DNA of 64,000 nt from assembly GCA_000092065.1 (NCBI GenBank), contig CP000581.1; one strand, 5' to 3'. Below are positions 43,327 through 52,191 of this stretch, piece after piece. Each line of letters starts with the position of its first letter. The first letter of the stretch is position 1. Source of the stretch: Ostreococcus lucimarinus. Its lineage: Eukaryota. The notes under the pieces were generated by a model. It saw nothing but the letters and a program-made list of their open reading frames with translations. It searched no databases and had not been told where the DNA came from. A program made the translations under genes and the position numbers.

Positions 43327-44294
43327 TGGACGTGTTCCTGGAGTCGAGCGATAGTAAATACCGCGAGCGCGACGTCGTGCGCGGCGAGGTGGTGGTGCGC
43401 GTCGAACGCGAAGACGCGCCGTTCGCGCACAACGGTGTTCTGCTCACGGCGTGTGGAAACGTGCAGCTGCGCGTCGGAGACTCGAGCGTGAGCGTGCTGG
43501 AATCGCTGTTCATGGTCGTCGAACCGGTGCGCGTGCTGGACGTGTCGCTGGTGCTGGCGCCGCCGGGACGGCTGGCGGTGGGGGTGCACGCGTTTCCGTT
43601 TTCGTTCACGCTGGGGAGCTTTCCGCCGACGACGCCGATGTACGAGACGTTTCACGGGCAGAACACGCAGATAGTGTACGCGATCGATGCGGAGGTGGTG
43701 CGGCCGATCCTGCGTGGGGGGTCGCTGTCGACGGGGATGTGCGAATTTTTAGTGGAGACGAAGCCGGACGAGGACGACGTCGCCGACGCGGCGGCGAGCG
43801 AGACGATGGCGTTCGAGATCACGGAGGAGCGGCAAGATTTGGGACCGGCGCCTGGATTGTTAGCGAGCGAAGGGTTCTTGATTCGCGGATCGTTCGATAA
43901 GACGAGTTGGTTTTTAGAGGAGGCGATCACGGGGCGGCTCGTCGTCGAACGCTCGGCGGCGCCGCTCAGGGCGATCGAAATCGAGCTGTGTCGCATCGAG
44001 GGTTGCAGCACGAGCGAGGGTCAGGTGGTGAGTGAGACATCGCCCGTGCAGTTCACGCAAATCGTCGACGGCGACTGTCCGCGCGGGGTGGAGATTCCGA
44101 TACACGTCGTCATCCCGCGCCTGTTCGCGTGTCCGAGCGTGCAGGCGCCGACGTTTAGCGTCGCCTTCATGCTGCGCGTTCTGTGCGTGTTCGAGCCATT
44201 GAACCCTGGAAATAAAGAACCGGTGGCCGTTCGCGCGGTGCCAATTCAGTTATACCGAGGCGGGCCCGACATCCCGAGCGCGTTGGCGTATTAA
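43327..44294 (+). CDS. Vps26-family (arrestin-fold) protein, possibly the VPS26C/DSCR3 retriever-type
   Basis: Internal ATG MSRVDVFLESS. Vps26-like beta-sandwich: RGEVVVRVERED...VLDVSLVLAPPGRL and AIEIELCRIEGCSTSEGQVVSETSPVQFTQIVDGDCPRGVEIPIHVVIPRLFACPS (compare HMELQLIKKEITGIG...IPIRLFLAGYD). Confidence 0.5.
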
Positions 44295-44506
44295 ATCTCG
44301 TAGTGCGAATAGCGTTAGCGTCTCGAAGAGACATACAATCAAATCAAACCCCCGTCGACCCGGGTCACGGCGTCGTCGCGCGCATCGCGCTTACTTCGTT
44401 CGCGCGCGCGCGTGCGCTATTTTCTCGCTCACTCGTCGTTCATTATCATCACAACGAACGAACGACGACGTCCCGTTCGTTCTTCTACATAGCCTTCTAA
44501 TCAATC

Positions 44507-44782
44507 TCAATCCTCCTCCTCGCTCTCGTCCTCGTCCTTGGCGTTGATCCTCTCGCACGCGTCGATCCAATCGCTGTACACGTCGATCGGTTCGCTCAGG
44601 TGCGTGATGTTGCACGTGTACTTCTGTCCGCACGTCCCGCACTCCACCAGCCCCTTCTCGGCGACGTGATCGAGTCGCGCGAACACGCTCTTGTCGTGAT
44701 TGCAAAACGGACACGTGAACGTCGTGTCCACCTTCGGGGCCACCTTCTTGGGCGGCGGCTTGGAGCTCTTGCGCTTGCCCAT
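44507..44782 (-). CDS. ELF1: transcription elongation factor 1 homolog (ELOF1/Elf1), zinc-ribbon
   Basis: MGKRKSSKPPPKKVAPKVDTTFTCPFCNHDKSVFARLDHVAEKGLVECGTCGQKYTCNITHLSEPIDVYSDWIDACE is near-identical to the ELOF1 consensus. Acidic tail. Confidence 0.8.
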   Translation of the reverse strand: MGKRKSSKPPPKKVAPKVDTTFTCPFCNHDKSVFARLDHVAEKGLVECGTCGQKYTCNITHLSEPIDVYSDWIDACERINAKDEDESEEED

Positions 44783-45036
44783 GGCGAGCGCGCGCGGGCG
44801 GTCGTGCGACGAGCGATGCGGCGCGCGCGCGACTCTGCGGACGGGACGACGGACGACGGACGACGGACGACGGACGACGCGCGCGCCACACGCGCGCGCG
44901 AACGACGCGCGGCGCGAGCGATGGCGACGCGCGCGAACGCGCGCGGCGCGCGCGCGACGCGCGCGAGCGCGCCGACGGTGACGTCGCGCGTCGCGCGGGG
45001 ACGGCGCGTCGCGGATAAAACGCGTGGGACGCGCGG

Positions 45037-46025
45037 GATGACGGCGGCGGCGAGCGTGGCGTCGACGAACGAGTCCGCGGAGGCGGCCGCGGCGCCGGCG
45101 GTGGTGTCGACGTCGACGTTCGCGAGCGCCGACGACGCGGAGCTGCGCATGACGTGCGAGGCGTTCGCGCCGGGGAGCGCGTTCGCGCTGACGGATACGA
45201 GCGGCGGCGTGAATAATCACGTGCGATATTGCGATTGCGAGAACGGTGAGCGATTCGTCGTTCGATTATATAATAATGGACGCGAAACCGAGCGTGTTTG
45301 AACTCATTCCTGGTTCGCTCCCGAAGACGCGCTTCGCCGACGCGGTGGGAGAGGCGACGGCGGCGCTTTCGAAGTGTATGGAAGAAGCCGAAAGCGAAGT
45401 GCGTGCCGTTGCTCCGGTGAGCCCGACGAGCGTGTATCGGGACATCTTCGGAGCGTTCATCAAGAAAGGTGGGTCGCGCGATGCATTTTTCGTCGAGGCG
45501 GAGACGAACCCAGGTTTGGATGCCGTTCGAGTTTCGGTGAACGACTTGCTCAACTCTATTCGCGTACTTGAAGAAAAATTGGCCGACATCGAATCTTCGG
45601 GAGGCTTACCCGAGACGCTGATCCACGGCGACGTCCATTACGATAATTCCCTCGCGGATGAGACGACGGGTAAAGTCACGGGCATCATCGACTTTGAGTT
45701 TGCATCGTACGACTGGCGTATGATGGAAGCCGCCGCAGGTTTGTCCAAGTACGTCGGCGAACGCGATCCTCTGCCGTTCGTTGTCGACTACATCAAGGGA
45801 TTTTGCCGGCGCGCGACGCCGACCGAGGCCGAGATCGACGCCCTTCCGGACTTGATAAAACTTCGCGTGCTCGAAACCGTCGTGTACTTCGTCGCGAGAA
45901 GCGCCGCGAAAGAAGACGACATCTCGCAACTAGCGCTCAGAGCCGAAAACTACGCCGCGCGCGTTCGATGGATCGACGCCAACGCGCAAGTCATTCGCGA
46001 CACCATGCGCACCGCGCTCGCGTAA
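45037..46025 (+). CDS. aminoglycoside-phosphotransferase/CHK-like kinase-fold protein with a reading-frame disruption near 45280-45300
   Basis: The N-terminal piece (frame of ORF 44600-45301: TDTSGGVNNHVRYCDCENGERFVVRLYNNG) and the C-terminal piece (ORF 45246-46025: LIHGDVHYDNSL...VTGIIDFEFASYDWRMMEAA, Brenner motif plus DFE) are in different frames with a stop between. No GT...ACTGAC...AG intron is apparent. Confidence 0.4.
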
Positions 46026-46186
46026 ACGATCGTTATTTTTTAACTATTCTTTCTCCATTCACTCGCGCGCTCGCGCGCTCGCGTTTTCGCTCTTCACTAA
46101 AACCGTAAAATCCACGCCTGGATGCAATCTCGAGATCTTCGTATGCGCAAACAGTCGCGGGCGACGCGACGGCACAACTCGACACG

Positions 46187-47557
46187 ATGCTTTCGACGAC
46201 CATCACCACCCCGAGCGCTTTCGTGAAGCCGCAAGCGCCGCGAACGCGCGTCAAGGCGCGCGCCGACAGCACCATGGCCCCGCCCACGACGCGCGTGCCG
46301 CCGAGAAACCCCGAAGGTGCGCGACGGCGCGATCGATGCGCGCCGACGCGATGTCGTGGTTTATCCAGTGCGATGGGTGACGATGACGACGCGTGTGACG
46401 GCGTGCGATGCGTGAACGACGCGATGGGGATGAGAAAGGATGTGAAATGATATCGATCGCCGCGAAACGCGTCGACGCGGGCGAACGCGATGACTGACGA
46501 GTGTGGATGACGATTGATTGCTCCAGGCGCGCCGACGGTGGTGCCGCAAGATTTGCCGAGCCGACCGCGACGCAACCGCCGCTCGCCGACGGTGCGAAAG
46601 GCGTTCCGCGAGACGATTCTCACGCCGGATAACTTCATTTACCCGATTTTCGTGCACGAGGGCGATGAGAACATTCCCATCGGTTCTATGCCGGGACAAG
46701 ACCGCCTGAGCTTCAAGAATGGCATGATCAAGCAAGTGCGCGAGGCGCGCGCGGCCGGCGTGAACCAAGTGGTCGTCTTCCCGAAGACCCCGGATAACTT
46801 GAAGACGGCTTGCGGGAAGGAGGCGTTCAATCCGAACGGCTTAGCCCAACGCTCGATCTCGTTGTTGAAGGATACGTTCCCCGATTTGGAAGTGTACACC
46901 GACGTCGCGCTCGATCCGTACAACACTATGGGCCACGACGGCATGGTGCGCTCCGACGGCGTCGTCATGAACGACGAAACGGTGTACTATTTGTGCCAAC
47001 AAGCCGTGTCCCAAGCGCGCGCGGGTGCTGATGTTATTTCTCCGTCCGATATGATGGATGGTCGCGTCGGTGCCATTCGCCAAGCGCTCGACGACGAAGG
47101 TTTCACCAACGTCGCCATCATGAGTTACACCGCCAAGTACAACAGCGCGTACTACGGTCCGTTCCGTGATGCCTTGGCGTCGGCGCCGCGTCCGGGTAGT
47201 GAAGACTGGAAGATTCCGAAGGACAAGGCTGAGTACCAAATGGACCCGGCCAACTACCGTGAGTGCTTGCGCGAAGCTGCTCTCGATGAACAAGAGGGCG
47301 CGGACATCATGATGGTCAAGCCGGCGGGCGCCTACTTAGACATCATCCGCGCGCTTAGAGACAGCACCACGCTCCCAATTTCCGCGTACCAAGTGTCTGG
47401 CGAATACTCCATGTTGAAGGCTGCCGCCGCGGCGGGTTACCTTAACGAACGCGATGCGGTCTTGGAATCCTTGATCGCCATCAAGCGCGCCGGAGCCGAC
47501 TTGACGTTAACGTACTATGCCATCGATGCCGCCAAGTGGATCCAAGAAGGCAACTAA
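46187..47557 (+). CDS. HEMB: delta-aminolevulinic acid dehydratase (porphobilinogen synthase), plastid-type, two exons: about 46187-46316 and 46527-47557
   Basis: Exon 1 encodes the transit peptide MLSTTITTPSAFVKPQAPRTRV...RNPE. Exon 2: GAPTVVPQDLPSRPRRNRRSPTVRKAFRETILTPDNFIYPIFVHEGDENIPIGSMPGQDRLS...YTDVALDPYNTMGHDGMV. Intron has a GTGCGCGACGG 5' splice site, ACTGAC branch point 28 nt before the AG, and is about 210 nt. Confidence 0.85.
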
Positions 47558-47795
47558 GTTGAACGCGAGTAGGACATACATTTTTAATATCGATGATTAC
47601 GCAATGATTTACGAACGAGCGCCGACGAAGGAGGCAAAACAGGGCGAATGCGCATGAGGTCGGCGAAGCTTCTGACTTTTCACTACACCGCTGATGAAAT
47701 CTAACTCAAACCTCGAGACGCTCCAGCGCTAGACACCGCTCTCGACGATCTAGGGTCGATCATATTCGATCGAATTCTCCACTCCACGCGACCAC

Positions 47796-48549
47796 TTAGT
47801 AGAAGTAGCCGAGCACCTTGCCACCAACCTTCTTGCGACGGGCCTCCTCGTGGTCCATGATGCCCGACGACGTGGTGAGCACGATGACACCAAACAAACG
47901 AGAGGGCAAAAGTCGACCAACCCAGTCCTCAAGGTCGTGGTGGGACAAATCATAACGCGGGCTACGAGTTTAAAACCATTCATCGTCAGTCTCCGAGTCT
48001 TAATCGACGTTTAAAGAAGACGCGCTTCTCGACGAGCGTTCGCGCAGACCCTAAAACACACGCACCTGATGACGCCGCACTTGTTGATACGTCCGTTAAG
48101 CTCAACGACGATCTTTCCCGCTCTGTGATCATCAATGAACTCGAATTCGTTGATGTAGCCTATTCGTTGTAAACCATTCCGTCGTCAGTCTCCACATTCA
48201 TCCTGTGATGCGCGCGCCGCTTTCAGGATCGTTCGCGCGCGTCCCGCTCGCGTTCCCCTCTCTTCACACGTACCGTGCTTTTGCATCACTTGCAAGAACT
48301 TGATCACCACCTTGGAAACCGGGCGCACGAGCACCTGACGCTTCCCACGCTTTTCCGCGTTGTACATCGACTCTGCAGAGCGCGCGAACACGATCGATCG
48401 CGAGGTTAGTCACAGACCCTAAAACACCACAGCGCGAGGACGCGATTCGGCGCCGTCGCGACACGCGCGACGTCGCGACGCGTCATAACGCGCGTGCGAA
48501 CGATGATAGACGTACTGAGAGTGTCATTCAAGACGCTGATTCGGACCAT
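47796..48549 (-). CDS. RPS15A: 40S ribosomal protein S15a (uS8), four exons: about 48549-48516, 48372-48274, 48159-48066, 47961-47796
   Basis: Spliced product [12 protein letters not shown]|[33 protein letters not shown]|[31 protein letters not shown]|[54 protein letters not shown] is co-linear with eukaryotic S15a over about 130 aa. Introns are 143, 115 and 104 nt, with GTACGT/GTGCGT 5' splice sites and ACTGAC branch points. Hand-derived coordinates may be off by 1. Confidence 0.85.
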
Positions 48550-48664
48550 GGCGCTTGTCTCTTGACCGCACGCGTCGTCTAAAGGCGGATGCGACTGGCC
48601 GCGCGAGGGCTTTCGACTTCGTGGTCCGTGTGGCAAGACCGACATTAGGGCTTTCAGCGCTTTC

Positions 48665-48830
48665 GAGGCCGTCGGGCGTCTGAAGGAGTCTGCTCGTGAT
48701 ACGGACGACGACGATGGTCATCTGAAGGAGTCTACTCGTGATACGGACGACGACGATGGTCATCTGAAGGAGTCTACTTGTAATACATACATACGATGAA
48801 GATCGTCATCTAAAGGATTCTAGGACGCCG
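48665..48830. repeat. tandem minisatellite, about 3.5 copies of a 42-bp unit (CTGAAGGAGTCTACTCGTGATACGGACGACGACGATGGTCAT)
   Basis: The repeats are visible directly. The track ORF 48524-48763 shows MTIVVVRITSRLLQ repeated. It spans the cyclophilin stop codon and 3' region and lies upstream of RPS15a. Confidence 0.7.
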
Positions 48831-49894
48831 GCGCGGACGATTTTTGCCTCGCCCGTGGGCTCGCCGTCGGAAGAGGCCAACTTGTTGATCGCCCAAGCGT
48901 GCTCCATGCCGTCGACGACTTCGCCAAAGATGACGTACGAGCCATCTAAATGCGGCGCTGGGGCCATGACGATACTAAAGTGCCCTGTGTTGGTGTTTGG
49001 TCCGGCGTTGGCGACGCTTAGCAAACCAGGCCGGTCGTGTTTGAGTCGCAAGCCGCCGGGATCGTCGTCGAACGCTTTTCCCGGATTCACAGCACTTCCC
49101 GAGGCGGTGTGCGACCCTGTCTGGTCAATGAATCGGTCGAGAATTCTATAAAACTTCGAACCGACCCATGTATACTCTTCCGAAGGTTCGCCCACGCACA
49201 TTCGTCGGAAATTTTCCGCCGCGAGCGGGCTCGTGTCGGCGTACAATACAAATTCGATGCGCTCCGCGTCAGCGCCGTCGATGGAGACGTCGAGGTACAC
49301 GCGATGATTCCCTTTGGCGTGGCGTCTTTTAGTCTTCGCTCTTTCTTCTGCGTTGACTTCTTCCTCCGCTTTTTCCGCTTCTTCCGATGAAAACAACGCC
49401 CCGCTCGTCCATCGAGAGTCACCGCCTCGTCGTTCCGCGGCAAACAGTGCCCGCGCCGCGTTCTTCGCGTCGTACTTCAACCAACACTCCCCGCGCTTTC
49501 TATCACCTCCGCACCCCCCTTCGTCGCCGCACCAGACCCATACGTTACATTTTCTCGCGCTCTCTTCGCACGCTCGGCAGCACGCCTCGGCGCTCGACGT
49601 CTTGAAATCGCTGCCCCAGCGCACGACGCCGCCGTCGAGCTCAACGCGAGCCCCGACGTCCGCACCGCACGTTCCGGTCATCGATGATCGTCGTGAATCG
49701 ATCGCGCGCACGACATCGACGTCATCGACGCCATTTACGTCGCTCACGAACGCGCGCGAGTGCGACGTGATTGGATTGTTCACGATGACGTAAAACGCGA
49801 GCGCAACGGCGGCGGCCACGGAGTAACGCACCGTACGCAGAAGCGCTCGAGCGTCGACATTTCGTCTGTACTGCCCGCCACGCGCGAGAGCCAT
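48806..49894 (-). CDS. membrane-anchored cyclophilin-type peptidyl-prolyl isomerase with an N-terminal PAN/Apple-like cysteine-rich domain
   Basis: TM anchor VAAAVALAFYVIV. PAN-like ACCRACEESARKCNVWVWCGDEGGC...GECWLKY. C-terminal cyclophilin domain VYLDVSIDGADAERIEFVLYADTSPLAAENFRRMCVGE...FYRILDRFIDQTG...GLLSVANAGPNTNTGHFSIV...HLDGSYVIFGEVVDGME. Confidence 0.6.
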   Translation of the reverse strand: MALARGGQYRRNVDARALLRTVRYSVAAAVALAFYVIVNNPITSHSRAFVSDVNGVDDVDVVRAIDSRRSSMTGTCGADVGARVELDGGVVRWGSDFKTSSAEACCRACEESARKCNVWVWCGDEGGCGGDRKRGECWLKYDAKNAARALFAAERRGGDSRWTSGALFSSEEAEKAEEEVNAEERAKTKRRHAKGNHRVYLDVSIDGADAERIEFVLYADTSPLAAENFRRMCVGEPSEEYTWVGSKFYRILDRFIDQTGSHTASGSAVNPGKAFDDDPGGLRLKHDRPGLLSVANAGPNTNTGHFSIVMAPAPHLDGSYVIFGEVVDGMEHAWAINKLASSDGEPTGEAKIVRAGVLESFR

Positions 49895-49972
49895 CGCCGC
49901 GCGGAGGTCTGACGAGGAAGGACGACGCGAGCCAGTCGAAAATATCTATTTCTACGTTACAACTAAGATGAG

Positions 49973-51901
49973 CTAGTACGCGTTGGAAAACGCGGTATTC
50001 GCGCGCCCGTCGAGATGGCGAGGACTTTCACCGCTCGTCAACGCGGTGTACATGGACGGCTCCGCGGCGGGCTGTTTTGGATTCGGCGCGGCGGCGCCCG
50101 ACGCCGTCGGAGGAAGACCAGACTTCTTCGCAAGCTTGGCAGATACTTCGTACTTCATCGTCGGCTTTATGGCCATATGGAACTGCGCTTCAAGACCGGC
50201 AAAGGAGCCAAAAATCATGTCAGCCAAGGGCATGAGCATCCATTGCACTTGGCTCACGAGTTGCCACCACATTGGCGCGACGTTGCACTCGAAGTGTTCT
50301 CTGTCGTGAATGACGAAGAGACGAATGTAAAATTCACTGATGATGATGGCCCAGCACGCAAACGTCATCGGAAAGAACGCTACTACGGTGAGAGAGCGTA
50401 ACCCAATTCCAAATGGATACGTCTCGAGCACTGGGTTCGCCCAAGTCGAGCATAAACCGCCCAACATGCACGTAAACCAAAAGAGAGTCCACGAAATGTG
50501 GTGCTCCGCCGCGTGCACGTACAGCTTCATCATCCGCGTGAATGAAACCTTGTCTCGTCTCTCTAAGTAATTCATCACGATGTACGACAGATCGATCGCC
50601 CCCCAGGCGTGTCTTTTGGCTTGAATGTATCGAGCCTTAATGGCCTCATTCCATGACCGCTCTTCGATGGCATCGTTGCCCATCACCATGAAGATGGGCA
50701 CAACGCGGTAATCACCATCCTTTTTAAACCAGCACTTTAAATAGTGGTGCCAATCTTCGGGGATGATATCCACATCCCAACCACCGCACTCGATGGACGT
50801 TCTGAGACTTTGCGAATAAATCGCAAATGGGAACGGATGACTAAACGGCGACGCGAGTTGACCGAGGAAACCGACGCTATCAATCACAGCCTTGATACGA
50901 ATGAGAATCGGTACGTTCCAAATGTTCGGGAAAAAAGTCTCCGCAGCCTGGTACGTGGTGTTGTACGGCTTTGGATTTTGCACGTGATTATACGCCAAGC
51001 AGTCCATGAACTGCGAGTCAAAGTACGTATCCGCGTCGCACACCGTGAGCATAATTTGCTCCGGCGCCAATCCGCGCTTCTCCACAAACTCTCTCTTGAC
51101 GCATCGAACCGACCACGCACAGTTCGAACTTTTCCCGACCGCCTCGCCTGCGCCGAGCACGTGCTTGGTGTAATACAGTCCCAGGAGCGACGACCCGAAC
51201 TCGTCGATTAGTTCTCCCACCTTGGCCGGCGCCTCGGTGTCTCGACTCTCCGTCGCGAGTACGACGATTAATCGCTCTTTCGCACACGTCTGCGTCGCCA
51301 ACGTCCCTACAGTCTTACGCAGTGTCCCGAGAGGCTCTTTGTACGTGGGAATCACGCACACATGGATGATATCGTTAAACTTATCCGTGAGTCCGCGCTT
51401 CAACTTCCCGTCCACGCCGCTCGTCCACGTGTGCTCGTCGTCCCCAACCAACGTCGGTTTTTCGTTCGCCTTGTACACCTGTCCGGCGCCGCCAAAGAAC
51501 CTATCGTAACACGGTGATTTCAACGTTCCATCGTTTCCGAGTCGATGCCAATCCGCATCCTTATACGTGTGTAACAACGGAATCCCAACCAGCAACGCCG
51601 CGAAGCCGCTGTGAATGCCTTTCACCCACCCATAACAAATGTACGCGCAGATGAACGCCACCGTCAGCGCTGGGCTCAGGCGCGCCCCCCACAGCAAAAC
51701 AAACGTAATCAGCGTCATGCTCATCGCGAATGGCAGCGTGAACATCACCCGTTCCAACGCTCCGCCGCGGTACGCGATGTTGTCCCGAAGATCCTCGCTC
51801 GCGTCGTCGAGCAACGCGGCGTCGCCGACGTCCATCGAGCGCACTTTCGGGCGCGCGAGGGCGTCGGAGACGACCAAGCGCACTCGCGTCGATCGAGTCA
51901 T
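49973..51901 (-). CDS. polytopic family-2 glycosyltransferase (processive beta-glycan synthase-like)
   Basis: N-terminal TM helices. A cytosolic GT2 core with TVCDADTYF (DxD), ESRDTE and QAKRHAWG (QxxRW-like). C-terminal TM bundle. Family assignment is by motif only. Confidence 0.5.
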   Translation of the reverse strand: MTRSTRVRLVVSDALARPKVRSMDVGDAALLDDASEDLRDNIAYRGGALERVMFTLPFAMSMTLITFVLLWGARLSPALTVAFICAYICYGWVKGIHSGFAALLVGIPLLHTYKDADWHRLGNDGTLKSPCYDRFFGGAGQVYKANEKPTLVGDDEHTWTSGVDGKLKRGLTDKFNDIIHVCVIPTYKEPLGTLRKTVGTLATQTCAKERLIVVLATESRDTEAPAKVGELIDEFGSSLLGLYYTKHVLGAGEAVGKSSNCAWSVRCVKREFVEKRGLAPEQIMLTVCDADTYFDSQFMDCLAYNHVQNPKPYNTTYQAAETFFPNIWNVPILIRIKAVIDSVGFLGQLASPFSHPFPFAIYSQSLRTSIECGGWDVDIIPEDWHHYLKCWFKKDGDYRVVPIFMVMGNDAIEERSWNEAIKARYIQAKRHAWGAIDLSYIVMNYLERRDKVSFTRMMKLYVHAAEHHISWTLFWFTCMLGGLCSTWANPVLETYPFGIGLRSLTVVAFFPMTFACWAIIISEFYIRLFVIHDREHFECNVAPMWWQLVSQVQWMLMPLADMIFGSFAGLEAQFHMAIKPTMKYEVSAKLAKKSGLPPTASGAAAPNPKQPAAEPSMYTALTSGESPRHLDGRANTAFSNAY

Positions 51902-52191
51902 CGCTCGCGCGAGCGTGGCGGTCGCGCGCGACGACGTGTGCGGCCGCAGACGAGCCGTAACACCCTCCGGCGCGGTGACAGTCCGTGTGGCTGCGCAATC
52001 GAGTTCACGATAGAAATCGCGCGCGCGGGCGCGTCAGACTCATGCGCGGCGCTCGACGGGGCGTCCTGAACGTCTTACGCGCGACGTTTGAACTCTCCGT
52101 CGCGTCTCGAGGGGCGCTGCGTCGATACTCAGCGCGGACGCACGGTTTAATCGCGCGTACTCCGAGCGTGGAACCGACCGCGTCGAGCGCG

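Noticed and set aside
47962-48515. snoRNA hosted in RPS15a introns
   Set aside because: The shared CUGA/GAUGAA-like strings are explained by the ACTGAC branch point and the extended 3' intron motif. The introns (104-143 nt) lack paired C/D or H/ACA boxes with appropriate spacing.
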